The translations under genes and the position numbers were made by a program. DNA of 64,000 nt from an uncultured Candidatus Saccharibacteria bacterium (GTDB taxonomy: Bacteria > Patescibacteriota > Minisyncoccia > Phycocordibacterales > Phycocordibacteraceae), in contig CAZQPW010000001.1 of assembly GCA_964595305.1 (NCBI GenBank), forward strand, positions 9,722 to 73,721. Reading direction: 5' to 3'. This document shows positions 61,493 to 64,000 of the stretch, one piece after another (positions within the stretch are counted from its first letter, which is position 1; each line of letters starts with the position of its first letter). The notes beneath the pieces are model-generated. The model was given only the letters and a program-made list of their open reading frames with translations, had not been told where the DNA came from and made no database searches.

Positions 61493-64000
61493 ATGCACTT
61501 ACGAATCACTGCACTTTTTCTTATCATCATCCTTTCAATCCCCCAGCATGCCGTTGCAAGCGATTCGTTACCAGAGCACATTCTTAAGCAGCAAAACGCT
61601 AAGATTCTAGAAGTCCGATCGAGCGTATTCCTTGATGAGTCGGCACCAACATCGCTTGATGTGAAAATAAAAGCAGCAAGAAGTAAGGCTGAGTCAGGAG
61701 CAAGCGCTGAACGTGCAGCACTAAAAGCTGCTCGCAAGGCGGAAGGGGCAGGTTTTGCAACATCTACAAAATCAAAATCGCTCCAAAAGCTCCGCGCTTA
61801 TAACGACACTCTTAAGCGCAACCTGGACAGTGAGCTTACAAAACTCACATCAGAGGAGCGCTCACATATTCAGCAAGTAGAACCAAACTATTTGTACACC
61901 GAAGACGCGTATCTCCCTAACGATGTAGACGTAACGACGCAGTGGGCACTTAGAGCAGTAAATGCGCAGCAACAAACTATTTTTGATACTACGCCAACGC
62001 TTACACGCAAGGTGATTGTAGCAGTAATAGATAGTGGCATTGACTATATGCATGAAGATTTGAACGGCAGTATGTGGTCGAGTGCAACGTGTGTAGACTC
62101 AGTCGGCGCACCGATCGTAGCGGGCTGCACCAATGGGTATGACTTTTTAAGTAACGATGCCGACCCGTACCCGACAGAGGGGAATGGGCACGGGACCGCA
62201 GTCGCCTCACTAATTGCTGCCCAGACTGACAACGGCAAAGGCATCGCAAGTCTTTCCCAAAACCGCGCGCGCATCATGTCGCTCAGGGTCTCTGACGGTA
62301 ACGGAGCGTCGCTTGACGCCATCGTGCCCGCAATTTACTTTGCAGTTAACAACGGCGCCGACATCATCAACATGTCGCTCTCGGGGCCGACGTACTCGCA
62401 AACGATGGCGAATGCAATTACATTTGCAGAGAGTCGCGGCGTTACGATAGTTGCTGCAGCAGGTAACTATGGGTCGAGTAATGATGTTACACCAATGTAT
62501 CCCGCGAGTTATACAAACACAAATGTCATAGCAGTTGCTGCTACCGATAAGGATGCAAAGCTGGCGGCATTTTCAAACTACGGCAGCTCGGTCGATGTGA
62601 GTGCACCTGGAGTGGGTATCCGAGCTGCTCAGCCAGGCAACGCGTATGCAAGCCTGAACGGAACTTCATTTGCAGCGCCAATCATCAGTTCGTACATTGC
62701 GCGCGGAATAAGCGAAGGCAAAACGCCAATACAAATTATTTCTTCAATACCAAACAAAGTGCTTGGTTCCTATGTTGGTGCTGCAGGGGCCGCACTTCCT
62801 GCTTCGGCATTCGTCCGCATGCCTGATGGTCGCCTTTTTAATACAACAGCAAAAGGTGGAGAATATGTTGACGGGTACACGCTGGACTGCACAGTTAACT
62901 GCATTGGCGACAGCACGCTCGGCTTGGCTTCACAAATTTCTCCTGGAACAACGGATTTTAATAACCCGACAGCTGTAACCACTCTTACTCCGGTATTGAC
63001 ATGGAGCAGCGTAGCAGGAGCAGGAAGTTATGGTGTGTATCTCACCGATGTAACAACAGGCGCGACGGTGCTAGGCTTGACGCAAGATGTTCGCGCCGTG
63101 TCTTTAGGCACGGCATTTACTACGCCTACACTTATTGCAGGGCACGTGTATCGATGGAACACAGCGGTGCGCAAAACGACAACTGCAAGCACGAAAGAAA
63201 ATCTGACCCCAGTGTGGTATTTCCGTCCGCAGTCTGGCAGCACTCCTCCACCAACTACGCCACTTACTGCCCCAACATCAATGTCCCCCGGCAGTAGTGC
63301 AGCGCCAGGTCCAGTGCTTTCAAATACAGTTACTGCATCCTGGAGCAGCGTCGCACCCACAGCTACAGCACCTGTGACGCAATACAACATCGCGTGGCGC
63401 GACTTGTCTCAAGCAACGCCGCAAGAAGCGTACACAAACACAACAAGCTATTCTATAACAGGACTCATTCCTGGCAGATCATATCGCATGGACGTTGCGG
63501 CATGCAACGCCCTCGGATGCGGTCCGCGATCATCAAACTTTTACTTTACAGTCTCAAGTGGAACCAATGTGCCACCAACAGTTCCTGTTATCACAGGCTC
63601 AAGTAACAGCGAGGTAAATAAACTTTTTGTCCTCTCGTTTCAAACTAACGACGACACAGACCCGCTCCGCTTAGACGTGCGCTGGTTCACCACTGCTGAT
63701 CCTAACTACTACGAACCGTGGGGCGGCATGCATCCAAATTTCCCCGCAACGCTTGCGCATACGTACTCGACGCCCGGCTCATATTGCGTAACCGCGCGCG
63801 CATACGACGGCCAATACACTACAGCATGGAGCCCATGTTACAACGTTACGATAGGTGCGGGGAGCCCAGACTTAATTTTAAATTCCATCAACCCAGGCGT
63901 GAGTATTACTACGCCTGGTAGTTCAAACACCGCGACAGTGGTGGTGAAGAATAACGGTGTAGTAGCTGCCGGCGCGTCAACCGTTGCCCTTTACATTTCT
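61493..64000 (+). CDS. Secreted subtilisin-like serine protease (S8) with FN3-like, PKD-like and CARDB-like domains (3' end outside window)
   Basis: Signal peptide 'MHLRITALFLIIILSIPQHAVA'. Catalytic triad contexts 'VAVIDSGID', 'GNGHGTAVAS', 'GTSFAAPII'. FN3-like 'TWSSVAGAGSYGVYL' and 'YSITGLIPGRSYRMDV'. PKD-like 'HTYSTPGSYCVTARAYDG'. CARDB-like 'DLILNSINP...TATVVVKNNG'. Translated by hand; absent from the ORF table because it has no in-window stop. Confidence 0.85.
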   Translation, partial: MHLRITALFLIIILSIPQHAVASDSLPEHILKQQNAKILEVRSSVFLDESAPTSLDVKIKAARSKAESGASAERAALKAARKAEGAGFATSTKSKSLQKLRAYNDTLKRNLDSELTKLTSEERSHIQQVEPNYLYTEDAYLPNDVDVTTQWALRAVNAQQQTIFDTTPTLTRKVIVAVIDSGIDYMHEDLNGSMWSSATCVDSVGAPIVAGCTNGYDFLSNDADPYPTEGNGHGTAVASLIAAQTDNGKGIASLSQNRARIMSLRVSDGNGASLDAIVPAIYFAVNNGADIINMSLSGPTYSQTMANAITFAESRGVTIVAAAGNYGSSNDVTPMYPASYTNTNVIAVAATDKDAKLAAFSNYGSSVDVSAPGVGIRAAQPGNAYASLNGTSFAAPIISSYIARGISEGKTPIQIISSIPNKVLGSYVGAAGAALPASAFVRMPDGRLFNTTAKGGEYVDGYTLDCTVNCIGDSTLGLASQISPGTTDFNNPTAVTTLTPVLTWSSVAGAGSYGVYLTDVTTGATVLGLTQDVRAVSLGTAFTTPTLIAGHVYRWNTAVRKTTTASTKENLTPVWYFRPQSGSTPPPTTPLTAPTSMSPGSSAAPGPVLSNTVTASWSSVAPTATAPVTQYNIAWRDLSQATPQEAYTNTTSYSITGLIPGRSYRMDVAACNALGCGPRSSNFYFTVSSGTNVPPTVPVITGSSNSEVNKLFVLSFQTNDDTDPLRLDVRWFTTADPNYYEPWGGMHPNFPATLAHTYSTPGSYCVTARAYDGQYTTAWSPCYNVTIGAGSPDLILNSINPGVSITTPGSSNTATVVVKNNGVVAAGASTVALYIS

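Overview
The gene content, order and protein sizes of this 64 kb window resemble a small-genome, streamlined bacterium, possibly Candidate Phyla Radiation/Patescibacteria (inference from gene content, not shown by search). Nearly everything is coding and mostly collinear on the + strand.

Core housekeeping blocks:
- rpoC (3' part), dnaG and rpoD in an MMS-like arrangement.
- Cell-envelope and redox genes: uppP, two DsbA-like thioredoxins, a DsbB/BdbC homologue, mltG.
- A complete F1Fo ATP synthase operon, atpB-E-F-H-A-G-D ... atpC, with unusually short delta and epsilon subunits.
- leuS, alaS (no C-Ala domain), mnmA, dus, dnaX, ychF, prmC.
- A ribosomal block infA-rpmJ-rpsM-rpsK-rpsD-rpoA-rplQ then rplM-rpsI, followed by grpE-dnaK-dnaJ.

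Features that look unusual or accessory:
1. A minus-strand gene for a GlnD/DUF294-like nucleotidyltransferase-fold protein sits between atpD and atpC, antisense to the ATP synthase operon.
2. An overlapping two-gene module downstream of mnmA: an ATP-cone::Mrr-type PD-(D/E)xK nuclease and a Cas4/RecB-like Fe-S nuclease.
3. A tRNA-like gene whose 3' 17 nt recur 137 nt downstream across a structured spacer carrying two GCGAAGC mini-hairpin motifs. About 50-bp imperfect direct repeats then bracket a small membrane-protein gene, followed by a MazG-Nudix-NADAR-Nudix nucleotide-hydrolase cluster. This may be an integration or recombination scar with a small island.
4. A gene split into two overlapping minus-strand ORFs exactly at a (TC)6CC(TC)3 dinucleotide tract, giving a candidate phase-variable or frameshifted surface protein.
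5. A fused NodB deacetylase / peptidoglycan-binding / GT2 (PgaB-PgaC-like) membrane protein, followed by a CBM/LamG-like lectin protein.
6. A sigma-70 with an extremely lysine-rich N-terminal tail.
7. A sigma region-4 HTH fused to HARE-HTH domains.
8. A very large secreted S8 subtilase with FN3/PKD/CARDB domains that runs off the 3' end of the window.

No rRNA, CRISPR array, transposase or integrase gene was seen.
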